Shown: positions 12,526 to 24,002 of the stretch, one piece after another
How positions within the stretch are numbered: position 1 is the first letter of the stretch
Layout: every line of letters starts with the position of its first letter
Assembly (NCBI GenBank): GCA_951406725.2
Contig: OX597815.1
Location: 133,548,001 to 133,612,000 of the forward strand
DNA length: 64,000 nucleotides
Direction of reading: 5' to 3'
Source of the DNA: Octopus vulgaris
Lineage: Eukaryota
The notes under the pieces: model-generated
Seen by the model: only the letters and a program-made list of their open reading frames with translations
What the model was told of the DNA's origin: nothing
Databases searched by the model: none
Made by a program: the position numbers and the translations under genes

Positions 12526-13516
12526 TACTATCATTCATGCATATTAACATTATATATCCAACAAAGCATCTTCACCACATTTCTTACCCACTTTTACACA
12601 TTCTCAGTATTCTGCACCTATATTTCAGTATCATGCAACATACCATTTCATATGCAAGCATCATGCAATCTGCTCTCCACTCTTGAATAAAACACTTGTC
12701 CTAGGTGACTGAAATTGAAACCACATGATTGGGAAGTGAACTCCTTAACCACTCAACTATGTCTGCATGTCTCTAATAAGTTTTGGTTACATTTTTGATA
12801 AAAAATGTTTTAGGGTTTGGAAATGTGATTCTATTTTCTATGTATAACCTGAAACCATTAATTTCATGTGGTTCTAATTTCGTTTCTTTCTTCTGTACTG
12901 CTACATTTACTGGCTACTAAATAATAATCAGATTCATTGCTTCTTTAGTTTTATCATCACGCTCCACATGGTCTAATAGAATTACTACTTACTCTGCTAT
13001 TAGGTAGATTAAGAGCAAAAAATAATCCTTTTTTCATTGTGTTTGAACCTGTTACCTAATTATTCAGCCACTTCATCTTTATGGGTTTTAGAATAAACTG
13101 GAAAATATTGGTCTTGCCTACAAAATCAACATCTTGGACATTTTTCCCTTTCATTAAGAATAATATGTGGTATGCAGTTATTTGCACAATACACCCCCAA
13201 AGGATGTTCAAATATAAGAAAAGTGTATTTGTTCCATAAGATGACTAAAATAGTAAGTTGTTTACTAAAACTCTATATACATTTACTTAACAACTTTCTG
13301 GAATGTTGTGGTGGTAATATTATGAAATAGAATAATTATATTCTTCTTATGGAAATATCAGTCTTTTGAGGCATAGAAAATTTAAGTTAGCAAGATGTTA
13401 GGTATTTGCTTTTATATTAGAGTATATAAAGAAATGATATTTCTGAAATTTCAAACTGTTATTGAAAATTTGAGCCATTTTGGTTTAGTGTTTCTTAACC
13501 ATATTATAATAATAAG

Positions 13517-13923
13517 TGGTTGTGTGGTAAGAAGTTTGCTTCTCAACCACATGGTTTTGGGTTCAAGCCCCACTGGACAAGTTTTTTTTTCTACCATAGC
13601 CTCAAGCCAACCAAAACCTCCGTGGATTCAGTAGAATCTGCACAGAAGAAGCACGTTGTATATATGTGTGTGCGTGTGTGTTACTGTCTTTTTGTCTTGA
13701 CATTGTTTGATAGTTGTGAATGTGTGTCACCATCAGGCAAGGGATGTCCTTTGTTTCTTATCTTCTGTGAAAACATGTTTGGTCATAAGGAAACATTACC
13801 TTGATAATGAAACAGGTAAGGGTTGGCAATAGGAAGGGCATCTGGCTGTAGAAAATCTAACTCAACAAATTACATTGAACTTATGCAAGCATGGAAAAGT
13901 AGGCGTTAAAATGATGATGATGA
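13517..13923 (+). mobile_element. SINE family A2
   Basis: Head 'gtggttgtgtggtaagaagtttgct', tail 'gcatggaaaagtaggcgttaaaatgatgatgatg'. Confidence 0.85.
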
Positions 13924-14296
13924 TTACTGAATTTAACGATAGCATTTCATAACTTTTCAGCTTGAAATTGGATCTTGTTTCTGTAAATCAATAAATGATC
14001 ATGTAACAGTGTTGCCTTGCAATTATATCTAATATGATGTGATCGTATTGCTTTGCATTAACGAATCAGCAAAACCACTGCATCTAACAAGAGATGAATT
14101 TGTTATATGTCGATTCAGAGCTTACTGATTGGATTTCCAGTGTTGATGAAATCGTTAAAGGCCAAAAGTCTTGGCAAAAAGTCTCTAACTTTGTGTGTAC
14201 ACTGTAATTGCATATACTTCAGTTTCTCAACAGTGTCTATAAATAACATCAATGCCAATTTTTTATGGTTATCTGAGTTAAGGCATTTTGCAAGTT

Positions 14297-14714
14297 TCAT
14301 CATCATCATCATTTGATGTCCACCTTTCTTTCTCATGGGTCAAACAGAATTTGTTGAAGTAGACTGACTACAGTCAGATGTCCTTCCTGTCACCAGCCAT
14401 CAAATGTTTCCAGGCAAAGTAATAATTCTCCATGGCTGGATATGTTTTTCATGAAAGACTGGAAACAAACAACACCACTTGTCTGATGGTGATACACATT
14501 TACAGTCATCATGTAATGTCAAGACAAGGGTACACAGAAAAATACACTCATGTACTTGTATGCTCATGCACAAACACATCTGTCTACCAAATCCATTCAC
14601 AAGGCTTTGGTTAACCTACAGCTCTAGTTGTTGAAGACACCTACCAAAGAGCTGCTTAATGGGATTAATCCTGAGACCACATGGTTAAGAAACAAGCTTA
14701 CTCACAGCCATGTC
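14297..14714 (-). mobile_element. SINE family A2
   Basis: Reverse complement of the same head, body and (GAT)n tail. Confidence 0.8.
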
Positions 14715-15249
14715 TAATCTCTTTTTATTTTCTTTATTTAAAAGTCTGGATATATTATCTTTAACTTTTTTTTAACCTAGACTCCATCTCTCTGGACTGC
14801 TCCTCCTCATAGGTTACCATCAATCACTATCTTATTTGTAAAGTACAGAAATGAACTATATTAAACTTATCAGTTGTTACAGATGATGATGACATAAGTG
14901 TGAATGAAAGTAAATAGGAATTACTAGTATCTGGAGATTATATTAATGCTTGCAGTTACACGAAACCTTCAGAAAACTACAATTAAGATGTTCATATGTT
15001 AGATTTTGTTATTGATTTGGTGTTCAAGAGCCTGAGGCAACAAGTGACTGTGGCAGATGTCTTGGCATGTCTAGATCAGACAAACATTTAGTGGCGGATT
15101 AGCTAATACAGTAGATACAGACCTTAAAAAGTTTTCAACAAAGGTTAACTCAGTAATGGATGGTTGTAAACTTCCTCAGGATGTTATGCAATCAATTATC
15201 TCTGCTTTCGTCTTTTCCATATGTTTCTTGATGATCTACTTGAAAGTGG

Positions 15250-16020
15250 GAATTATAATGTTAATCATATAGTAAGAGACTAACAATGATAATGTTGATG
15301 ATAGAGTATGAAACTCATTGATAATGTTAATCATGTAGTCTAGATAGGCAATGATAATGTTGATAATATAGCTGTGACTGACAATGATAATGTTGGTATG
15401 GTTGTGTCTGATGTTGATAATAGAGTTGAGAGTGATATTGATGATGTTGAAGATATAGTTGAAATGGATTGATAATGTTGCTGATATGGCTGAAATGGAT
15501 TGATAATGATGATGAAAATGTTGATAATACAGATGTGACTGACATTAATAATGTATTGTTTGGACTGATGTTGATAATACAGTTCAGATTGACATTGATA
15601 GTGTTGATGAGATAAGATGATACTGACATCGATAATGTTAATAATATAAATGAGACTGATGTTGATAATGTTGGTAATATAGTTGAGATAGGCATTGATA
15701 ATATTGATGATATGGTCGGAACTGTTATGGAGGATGTTGATGTATAGATGAGACTGACAGTGGTGATGTTGATTGTATGGTTAGGGCTGACATTGATAAT
15801 ATTGAAGGTACAGCTGAGTCTGATGTTGATAATACAGTTGAGACATTGATAATGTTGATTATATAATGAAATTGACATGGATAATGTCAATATAAATGAA
15901 ACTGGTATTGATAGTATTGATGATATAGATAACATTGTTATTGATAATACTGACAATATGATGAGGCTAACATTAATAATGCTGATAATATAAATGGCAC
16001 TAATGTTGATAATGTAGATG
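15250..16020. repeat. Degenerate ~33-bp minisatellite (consensus ~GTTGATAATATAGTTGAGACTGACATTGATAAT)
   Basis: About 20 diverged units with recurring 'gataatgttgat' and 'gactgacattgata'; it produces the low-complexity ORF 15327..15956. Confidence 0.85.
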
Positions 16021-16059
16021 ATCCAGTTGAATTCAAGGATGTGCCACTTGGGTAGAAAA

Positions 16060-16460
16060 ACTAAACAGATACAACTCCTAAATTTAGAAACCTCATTATT
16101 GATGTCAAAGTATCACTATTTGTATCAAAGTAGGCACCCATGTGTCTCCAGAAGTTCACATATAAGTGATAATTTTATTTTTTTAAATAAATTTGAATTT
16201 GCTACCACAACCACAACCTTATATAATAAACAAACTCACTGAGTTATCATAACATCTACACTCCTTCATCAACCAACCAACCAATGAAGCCTCTGTTTCT
16301 TTAAGCAATGAGTATATATAACTTCTCTACTCATTCACCTTTTCACAAAGCATTTAAAGGTAACAATAAGGAGCAAAATAATTTACTTATATCACCAGAG
16401 CTTTGTGAAAAGGTGAATGAGTAGAGAAGTTATGTATACTCATTGCTTAAAGAAACCAGT
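16060..16460 (+). mobile_element. Decayed Penelope-like RT C-terminal/thumb relic carrying a fold-back
   Basis: Frame-broken motifs VGTHVSPEV, TTLYNKQTH, HLHSFINQP, AFKG and RSYV resemble MGxxxSP, TTxYxKPT, YLHxxSxHP, FKG and RGYP. Confidence 0.45.
16295..16456. repeat. 57-bp inverted repeat (1 mismatch), 48-nt spacer
   Basis: 16295-16351 is the reverse complement of 16400-16456 except at one position. Confidence 0.95.
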
Positions 16461-16616
16461 TCTTTCGTAGGCAAGAGACTGGAGTGTGAGTGTCTTTATA
16501 TCATCATTTAGGTGGTCCCTCTCTGTATTTGCTTTAGGATGTCTGTGCTTCATTAAACTTTGAGCCATGCATGAATGGAAAAGTCAACATTAAAATGATA
16601 TTGATGATAATTATAG

Positions 16617-16998
16617 GTGCAGGCATGGCTATGTGGTAAGAAGGTTATTTCCCAACCACATGATTCCAGGTTCAGTCTCACTGCATGGCACCTTGGACAA
16701 GTATCTTCAACTATAAGCCCTGGGTCAACCAAAGCCTGTTGTATGTGTGTGTGTATGTTACTGTCTCCTTGCCTCAACTTTCTATGATAGTTGTAAATGG
16801 ATTTTACCATTATGCAAATGCTGTCCCTTATTTCCAGACTTCTTTGAAAACATGTCTGGTCATGGGGAATATTTCTTGGCTTGAAAACAGGGGAGTGTTG
16901 GTGGCAAGAAAGGTATCCAGCTATAGAAAAACCTTCAACGAATTCCATTTGATCCATGCAAGCATGGAAAAGTAGGCATTAAAATGATGATGATGATG
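16617..16998 (+). mobile_element. SINE family A2
   Basis: 'gcaggcatggctatgtggtaagaag...gcaccttggacaagtatcttc...gcatggaaaagtaggcattaaaatgatgatg'. Confidence 0.85.
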
Positions 16999-17766
16999 CT
17001 ATATTTTGCATGTGTGTGCAAAGCGGTAGGCTTTTGTTGAGTCAAGTCTGTGAAATGGCTTTGATCCTGGTTATATTTACTTCATGCCACTTATTGTTTG
17101 TACACATCATAGTCCATAGCCTTGAAAAAGATAGACTTTGTCAGGTTGGTAGGCTTTCTCACAACACCAGATTCAAATTGAATTTTAAAAAGTTTGAACC
17201 TATTGATGGTACCTCACGCATCAGATAAACATGCTGTATGCAATTTGTAACTAAATACATTACTGTGAAGTATGGACAGCAGCTATTTTCAGCTAAGGAG
17301 ACTGACTCAATGTTTCATGATTGGTTATGAAAAGGGTCAAGAACTAATTACTGCAGAAACTTTCATAAAGTTCATGCCCTGGTGAGATGTAACCCAATAG
17401 CTGTCTCCTCATAGTAACTGTATAGATTAATAAATTATATGCATCTTCTAAGCAATTACAATTTTTATTTATTTCTGTATTATATTATCTATTTTTGGAG
17501 GCTGCCTTAGCATTAATTTTAGAGATCTGATTACATATAAACAAAGAAACTGTTTTCATGTCCCAACATAACTTTTCATGAATCATGAATTTACATAACT
17601 TGTATTTCAAAGGACAGATACTATTTGGATTGTTCTAGAATAGTAGCTTAGTATTACATCATATATCATCCATTATATTATAACTATATAATGTTGTGTG
17701 TCCTTGCCATGTGGTGAAGAAATTTGTTTTTTAACCATGTGATTATACATGATTATAATTATTGAA

Positions 17767-17983
17767 AGTAGTGAACTGGCAGAATCATTTGCACACTGGG
17801 CAAAATGCTTAGCAACATTTTGTCTGTCTTTACGTTCTGGGTTCAAATTCGATCAAGGTCGACTTTGCCTTTTGTCCTTTCAAGGTTGATAAAATAAGTA
17901 CCAGCTGAGCACTGGGCTTGATGTAATTGACTTTCTCCCTTCCCTAAAATTGCTAGCCTTGTGCCAAAATTTGAAACCAATAT
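17767..17983 (+). mobile_element. SINE family B (Meta-domain-like)
   Basis: 'gaactggcagaatc...gggttcaaattc...ggtcgactttgcctttt...gataaaataagtaccag'. Confidence 0.85.
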
Positions 17984-18098
17984 GATTACATTTGATGTTT
18001 CCAGGGTCAATCATAAACTAAGACCTCTCAGCTGCTTGTCTGCTACCCAATCCACTCTGGCCATTCTCATATATCAGAATGTTTTCACTCACATCTTC

Positions 18099-18129
<31 letters not shown>

Positions 18130-18264
18130 TTCTCTTTCTCTCTCTTTCTCTCAAGAAGATGACATCAGAAAGGTTTCTATCATGCTACCTTCTACAGGTC
18201 TAGTGGAAAAGTTTAACTCAGCATAGTGAGCTAATTAACCACTAAGTTTTGTATTATCAATTAT

Positions 18265-18795
18265 GGAGTAGATGGATAAATTGACAGAATCATTAGAATG
18301 TCAGACAAAGTGCTTCATGGTATTTGTTCTGATTCTTTACACTCTGAGTTCAAATCCTGCCAAGTTCAATTTTGCTTTCATCCCTTCAGGGCCAGTAAAA
18401 TGAAATGCTCCAGCATAAGGTCTTGTCCTTGTGGTGTGATGGCTTTGGTGCCTCAAACACCTTGAGAGCTATGCGAGTGGAGTACAAGTTTCTAGTAGGG
18501 TTCCCCACGATGGACAAGTAAAAAAAGATAGGAACCAGACCAATACTCACCACCCTTTCACAGAAGTTTAAAAAATGGGTTTTCATAGGGCCAACATCCC
18601 TGCCTAGAAGCATCAGTGACTCTTCAAAACCAAGACCTGTGAGAGGAATAGACAGCCCAGATTGGAGAAGAGTGAAGAAAAGTCATCGATAGCCTGCTCT
18701 CCACAGGGAGTGAAAGACTTAAGTAAAATAAAATAAAGTACCAGACAAGTACTGGGACTGATTTAATTGACTTCTGCATTTGTTAGAAATAAATA
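18265..18795 (+). mobile_element. SINE family B interrupted by a ~320-bp RTE-like insert (~18408-18725)
   Basis: The SINE breaks after 'gggccagtaaaatgaaa' and resumes at 'taaaataaagtaccag'; the insert ends in 'gcctgctctccacagggagtgaaagacttaagtaa', an RTE-type 3' end. Confidence 0.6.
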
Positions 18796-18878
18796 TTAAT
18801 TATACAATGCATCTATTGGTTAAAGTGGTAAATTACTCCCATCATCTGTTACCTGTTTACCGGTATTAAAGGGTGGGT

Positions 18879-19302
18879 ATGGCTTTCTTACAGGTTCAAA
18901 TATGTCCCGAGCATATTTGAACTGGTGATAACCTTGTATTTATGCACATAACCGCATAGTGCCGCTACCCCATAATTTGTTTGCAGTGAGCTGCTGATTA
19001 GTGCTACTAGTCACTGTATGATGACAGGAATATTGTAAGAGAGACAATGTCTCTTATCAGCTCGCAGTACATCCTGGCTGGTTTCTGTGACTGAAGAGGA
19101 AATAACTGCTCCAAAATGCTTGCATTTCACAGTCTGGGTAGGTGGCACTGCAAGCTGTGTTTTTGTGTATTTACATCATTTGTCTACAACAGGAAAGTGT
19201 TTCCATGACAAAACAGTGTGAATGGCTTTCTTACCGGTTCAAATATACCCCAAGCATATTTGAACTGGTAACAACATTGTATTTATACACATCACTGCTT
19301 AG
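18879..19302 (+). mobile_element. Retrozyme/Penelope-pLTR-like unit: 343-bp period, 81-bp direct repeats, internal hammerhead
   Basis: 18879-18959 and 19222-19302 align without gaps (11 mismatches by my count); hammerhead fold at 19085-19132. Confidence 0.65.
19085..19132 (+). ncRNA. Type I hammerhead ribozyme, probably inactivated (G12>A)
   Basis: Stem I ctgtga/tcacag; core CTGAAGA; stem II gga/tcc; AAAA in place of GAAA; stem III atgc-tt-gcat; U-H triplet ATT. Confidence 0.7.
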
Positions 19303-19344
19303 AGACAGGTATGTCCCCTGCATCTGTCTTCAGCTGAGTGATCC

Positions 19345-19612
19345 TAATCTTGCAGGCCCATAAGTGCTAGTGCCACATAAAAAGTACCTCTGCTGGTGCC
19401 ACATAAAAAGCACCTGTGTCAGTGTCACTTAACCCCACCCCATGCTGGTACTGTGCAAAAGCACCCAGTACACTCTGTGAAGTAGTTGGCATTAGGAAGG
19501 GCATCCAGCTGTAGAAACCATGTGAAAACAAACATAAAGCCCAGGCAGCTCCTGTCAAACCATCCAACCCATATCAGCATGGAAAATGGATGTTAGATGA
19601 TGTTGATGATCA
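19345..19612 (+). mobile_element. RTE-tail element (family D)
   Basis: 'gctggtgccacataaaaagcacc...ttggcattaggaagggcatccagctgtagaaacc...gcatggaaaatggatgttagatgatg'. Confidence 0.8.
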
Positions 19613-20148
19613 TGCTATATACACATGTACACATACATGCAACAGGCTTTCTCACAGTTTTTGTTTACCAAAATAACACACAAGGTATTAACTGTTGGTT
19701 TACCTGGGTCTATAGTAGTAGATGCTTGCCCAAGGTACTGCACAATGGAACACTCTAAAAACCATGTGGTTGTGAAGTGAGCATCGTAACCACTCAGCCC
19801 CATTACCTGTAACTATGTTGTACCTAATTTTATTTTATTTTTTAAAATTATGTTGAAAATTAAAACAAAGGCAACACATTCTTAGAAAAATGGCTACAAA
19901 AGGGTTAAGGTTAACATTTAAATGTATAAATAAATGAACAATAAGAGGGTTGTGTTTTTAACATTTTTATAACAAAATATATTAAAAAGGTGTCAATTAT
20001 TTAGTGTGAAATAACATTACTGACAGACTAGTAATAAACAATAATCTAGTGACTGAAGTTACTTAGGGAAATGATGCAATTTAAACTAATATAGCTTACT
20101 AAATATGTCACTGACCTTTTGATGGACTTCAAAATATTTATTAATTAG

Positions 20149-20202
<54 letters not shown>

Positions 20203-20432
20203 AGTAAAATGAGCAAAAAAGAAAAAGAACATTGACATATTTGTTACAAGTTTTATATATTTAGAAAAACAAAACACATGTAAAGTTAATGTTCTCAGAG
20301 ATGCCATCTGCATATAAATTGACAGTTAAGTGTCGGTGGACATATCATCTCATAAAAATCAAATTGTTCTGAATTGTCTCTTGTACTTGTTGAAACTTAT
20401 TGAGCACTTATCACTTATATATATATATTATG

Positions 20433-20599
20433 TGTTTATAACTGAGCCACATTGTACCCTTATGGATTTCATGTTTATGACTAAGCCAAATTTTGCCCTT
20501 ATAAATTTCATGTTTACAACTGTGCCAAATTGCACCCATAGACATGATATATTTATAACTGAGCCAGATTGCTTCCATAGACATTATACGTTTATAACC
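20433..20599. repeat. 39-bp minisatellite, ~4.3 units
   Basis: Units start at 20433, 20472, 20511, 20550 and 20589 ('t(g/a)tttataactgagcca.att'). Confidence 0.85.
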
Positions 20600-21199
20600 A
20601 CCAACAACTATCCCTCAAAGCAAACCTCATTGTTTTAAACAAATATTGATGCATTGATTAATATAGTGCTAGATACCCATAAAAATGGAATGGTCATGGC
20701 TGGAATACCTTTGATCACATGTCTGTTGGCCCAGAGCTGACCTAAAGCTAAATAATATTTAGTCAGTACTTCACATCCATATACATTACATGTTTATCAT
20801 TATCTCTTTTACACATATGAATCAATACCTTTTGAAGTCTAAAGATGAAGAGAAATAGATATTGTATTGCCGTAGAACATCACACTCCTAGGACTTGTTG
20901 CATTAAATATTCATAGAACCTACTTAAGGCTGAATCTATCATTTTCCATAAGTTTATGTATGTATGTGTGTGTGTGTGTGTGTGTGTGTCCTTGCATATA
21001 TGTGTACGTGTGTGTGTGTCCTTGCATATATGTGTACGTGTGTGTGTGTGTACACACACATACATGCATTTATTTGTTCTTCTAATCTTATTTTTCAAGT
21101 TTCTTTCCAAGAGAAAGTGCTAGTTTCCAGTGCAGAAACAAGGCTCTTTAAGTGGAATTTAGATAGATGTGTGTGTGTGTGTGCATGCATGCATATGTA

Positions 21200-21890
21200 T
21201 CTGAAGCTACTTAGCATCTCTTTTGGCATACATTTATTAAAGATCATAGGCACATACAACCCACCTCTTCTTCTTGTTTATGGTTTCTTTCTGAATCTTT
21301 GACTCAAATTTTCATATAAATCTAAATAATTAAAATTTTAAATAATCTATATAGTTTTATATAATTATAATTTATGTCTAAATTTTCATTTTGATAAATT
21401 TGTTTATGCAGATCTTTTACAAGGATAATAAAGCTTTGTATATATTTATTACTATTGTTAAACCTGTCCTTGCTTTTGGACTTTGTAAACACCAATACTT
21501 CTTTTGAAACTTGGTAAATTTCTTTTTTTTTCTTCTTAAGACATCCCACTTCGTAATATCTTTCAAAGAATTAATACCTGACAGATTTCTTTTAACCCCG
21601 CAACATCAAACCTTCTTAAGCATTGAAAATTCTTTCTAATTTTAAGTCTTACTTTGAATTTGAACTTCAGTTTAGTTCTTGCAGGATTATACTCATCCTC
21701 TTAAAATCAAGAAACCCATTATTATTCAAAATCTTTCCTTCTAACCAATCATGTGCAATTCCTGGAACCTGGGTGCACTCAGTTTGGGTTTCCTTGTGAA
21801 TCTCTTTATTTTCAAAGAATGTGTTGAACAATGAAATTCGGTTCTGTGTATATTTGTGGCATCAGTAAACCATTGGAGTTTAATTGTTTC
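21200..21890 (-). mobile_element. Ancient RTE LINE relic, end of endonuclease domain plus linker
   Basis: Minus-strand translation NRISLFNTFFENKEIHKET resembles the APE motif NxLxxxNTFFxxKxxHKxTW; many stops follow. Confidence 0.5.
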
Positions 21891-21894
21891 ATAC

Positions 21895-22000
21895 TTGGGT
21901 GCTGGTGCCACATGAAACGCACTGATAAAAAGTACCTAGTACACTCTGTAAAAGTGGTTAGCATCAGGAAGGGCATCCAGCTGTAGAAACCAAGTCAAAA
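21895..22000 (+). mobile_element. RTE-tail element (family D), 3'-truncated at the fold-back
   Basis: The family sequence stops after 'ctgtagaaaccaagtcaaaa', exactly where the inverted arm begins. Confidence 0.75.
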
Positions 22001-22168
22001 CATTCCCCACTAATTACAACATGCACTAATTATATCATGTCAAAAGAATTGATATTTGTAAATTTATCAACACAACCAACTTGAGAACTACTCGTTATGC
22101 ATCATGATTTCCCGAATCAATTCTTTTGACATGATATAATTAGTGCATGTTGTAATTAGTGGGGAATG
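22001..22168. repeat. Perfect 53-bp inverted repeat, 62-nt spacer
   Basis: 22001-22053 is the exact reverse complement of 22116-22168. Confidence 0.95.
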
Positions 22169-23030
22169 CTCAGATATATTTTCAGTCAGTGTCGGAGATA
22201 TAATAGGGTGATATAACTACTATATTATTTGCCATAGACTTCACAATAGCTTTTTTCAATCATTTTCAATAGCTGCTTTGAAAATGTTTATATACACTAC
22301 AGCACAACTGGTAAGTTATTCAATCCCAGAGGGTTTAATTCTAAATTTCACACTTTTGTGTCTCTGATAAGAGACCAATGACTAATATTATCACAGACAA
22401 TGAAAACTATCTTCAAACTCTTGTGGATAAAATTTTATTGGCATGTGACATATTAGACCGTATCATAAATCTTGATAAAGCTGTCATTTTTTATCAGCCC
22501 TGTCGTGAAAATCTCATATAAATCTTAAAATAACAGTATATGGTAAAAGTTTGAAAGATAACCAAGCCTTTATATATTTTAGTGGTTTGTTGAACAATTA
22601 CAGATCTTGATAATTTGCAAATAGAATTCAGAGATCATGAATATCTTTTAAAATTTTCATTATGCTCCAAAAGATATAGATATATAAAATAATACTAAAA
22701 TATCTAAAAGAATATTGTAATTTGCTTGAAGCACTTCAAAATGTATAAATGAGATAAATACTTGAAAAAGCTTTTGAGCAATATAGGTGAGGAGTTAAAA
22801 GAAATATGTAAGGTGATGTCAATAAATGAAAACAAAGAGAAAAGATATTGTATTACTTTCCATAGGCTGTTCAATGATTCTAGAATATTTCAGGAAAGAT
22901 TTCCCTTTTCAAATAGCAGAAAGAAAATATTCAAAGAATTTGAAGAAATACGTTGCTACCGGCAAATCATTTATCATTCTAGTCTATTTTCAAAACATGC
23001 ATTTTTTGATAAATAATGCCTGAATTTCTG
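22054..23030 (+). mobile_element. Ancient RTE (BovB-like) LINE reverse transcriptase relic
   Basis: Frame-broken translation GECSDIFSVSVG...VYIHYSTTGKLFNPRGF...ENYLQTLVDKILLACDILDRIINLDKAVIFYQP...ITVYGKSLK matches the RTE RT layout (GIYIRYRTDGKLFN; LQxLVDxFxxACxxFGLxIxxxKTxVxxQP). Confidence 0.75.
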
Positions 23031-24002
23031 AGATGAGGAAATATCATTATTATATTATATACTGATATATCTAGACTGGTTTTGTTTATAACAACCAATA
23101 CAGTTGTTGATTGTGAACTTAGGTATTAGTTTGTTAATCATTTACAAGCTGTAGACATGCTCATTACTGGGTCTTGAAAAGGTACTCCAATATATTTAGA
23201 GTATGGGTGCCATTGTAGGTGTACCTCGTGTGTCCACCTGGGTTGTTCTTTCACACTCCTGGTCCTATTCACTGGTGCATGCACATTTGGACTGCATAAC
23301 TCTTTATGCATCAGCATGTTGTTTGCTTTGTGCAATTGGTGGCACATTAGTGGTCTACAATGCATAATGCACTTCCATTTGCTTGTTCCTCACACTTGCA
23401 TGTCCATCTTGTAATATTCAGTTGATCCTCTGAGGGTGTTCTTGATTAAATATCTTAGGTGGCCAATAAGAATTTTTAATGGACTTCAATCATCATGTAT
23501 GTATCTGCTCACACATATGTATATTCGTAAGCATCAATGTCATTGCATGTGTAGATATGTATGGTTTGACTTATGTATGTGTACATATACATTCTTTCTA
23601 TGGTATGTATGTTTGCGTGTGTGTACACATACATTACATGTGAAACTTCTGGAATGTTTTACATATTTTCACAGTTCAGTTAATGGATTGCAATGTGATT
23701 TCCTAATTAGCCACCTGCTTCTGGTTTTGTGATGCTTAGATTCTCAAGATTTCATGTCATAGCTGTTAGTTATATATTCAAATGTCTCAATATTCACAGC
23801 TATAAATCTAAAGCTATAATTCTGACAGAGTATCAGCAGATTTCCCTTAGTTGAGCATAGATGTTTTTTTTTTACTTATCTTTAACATCATCTGATGCAA
23901 CTCATTTCCACTACTGTGTGCAATTTTTCTTCATCTTAGACCATTATGTCTGATCTGTTATGCTTACATTTTACTGAGGTTTTGACAGTAACATTTGACC
24001 AA

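Noticed and set aside
22762-23016. ORF with faint Costars/ABRA-like pattern (EELKEIC...ITFHRLFND)
   Set aside because: It is collinear with the upstream RTE RT relic and better explained as decayed LINE ORF2.
23100-23500. Possible L2/Jockey-like 3' relic or coding segment
   Set aside because: Motif similarity is too weak to assign by eye.
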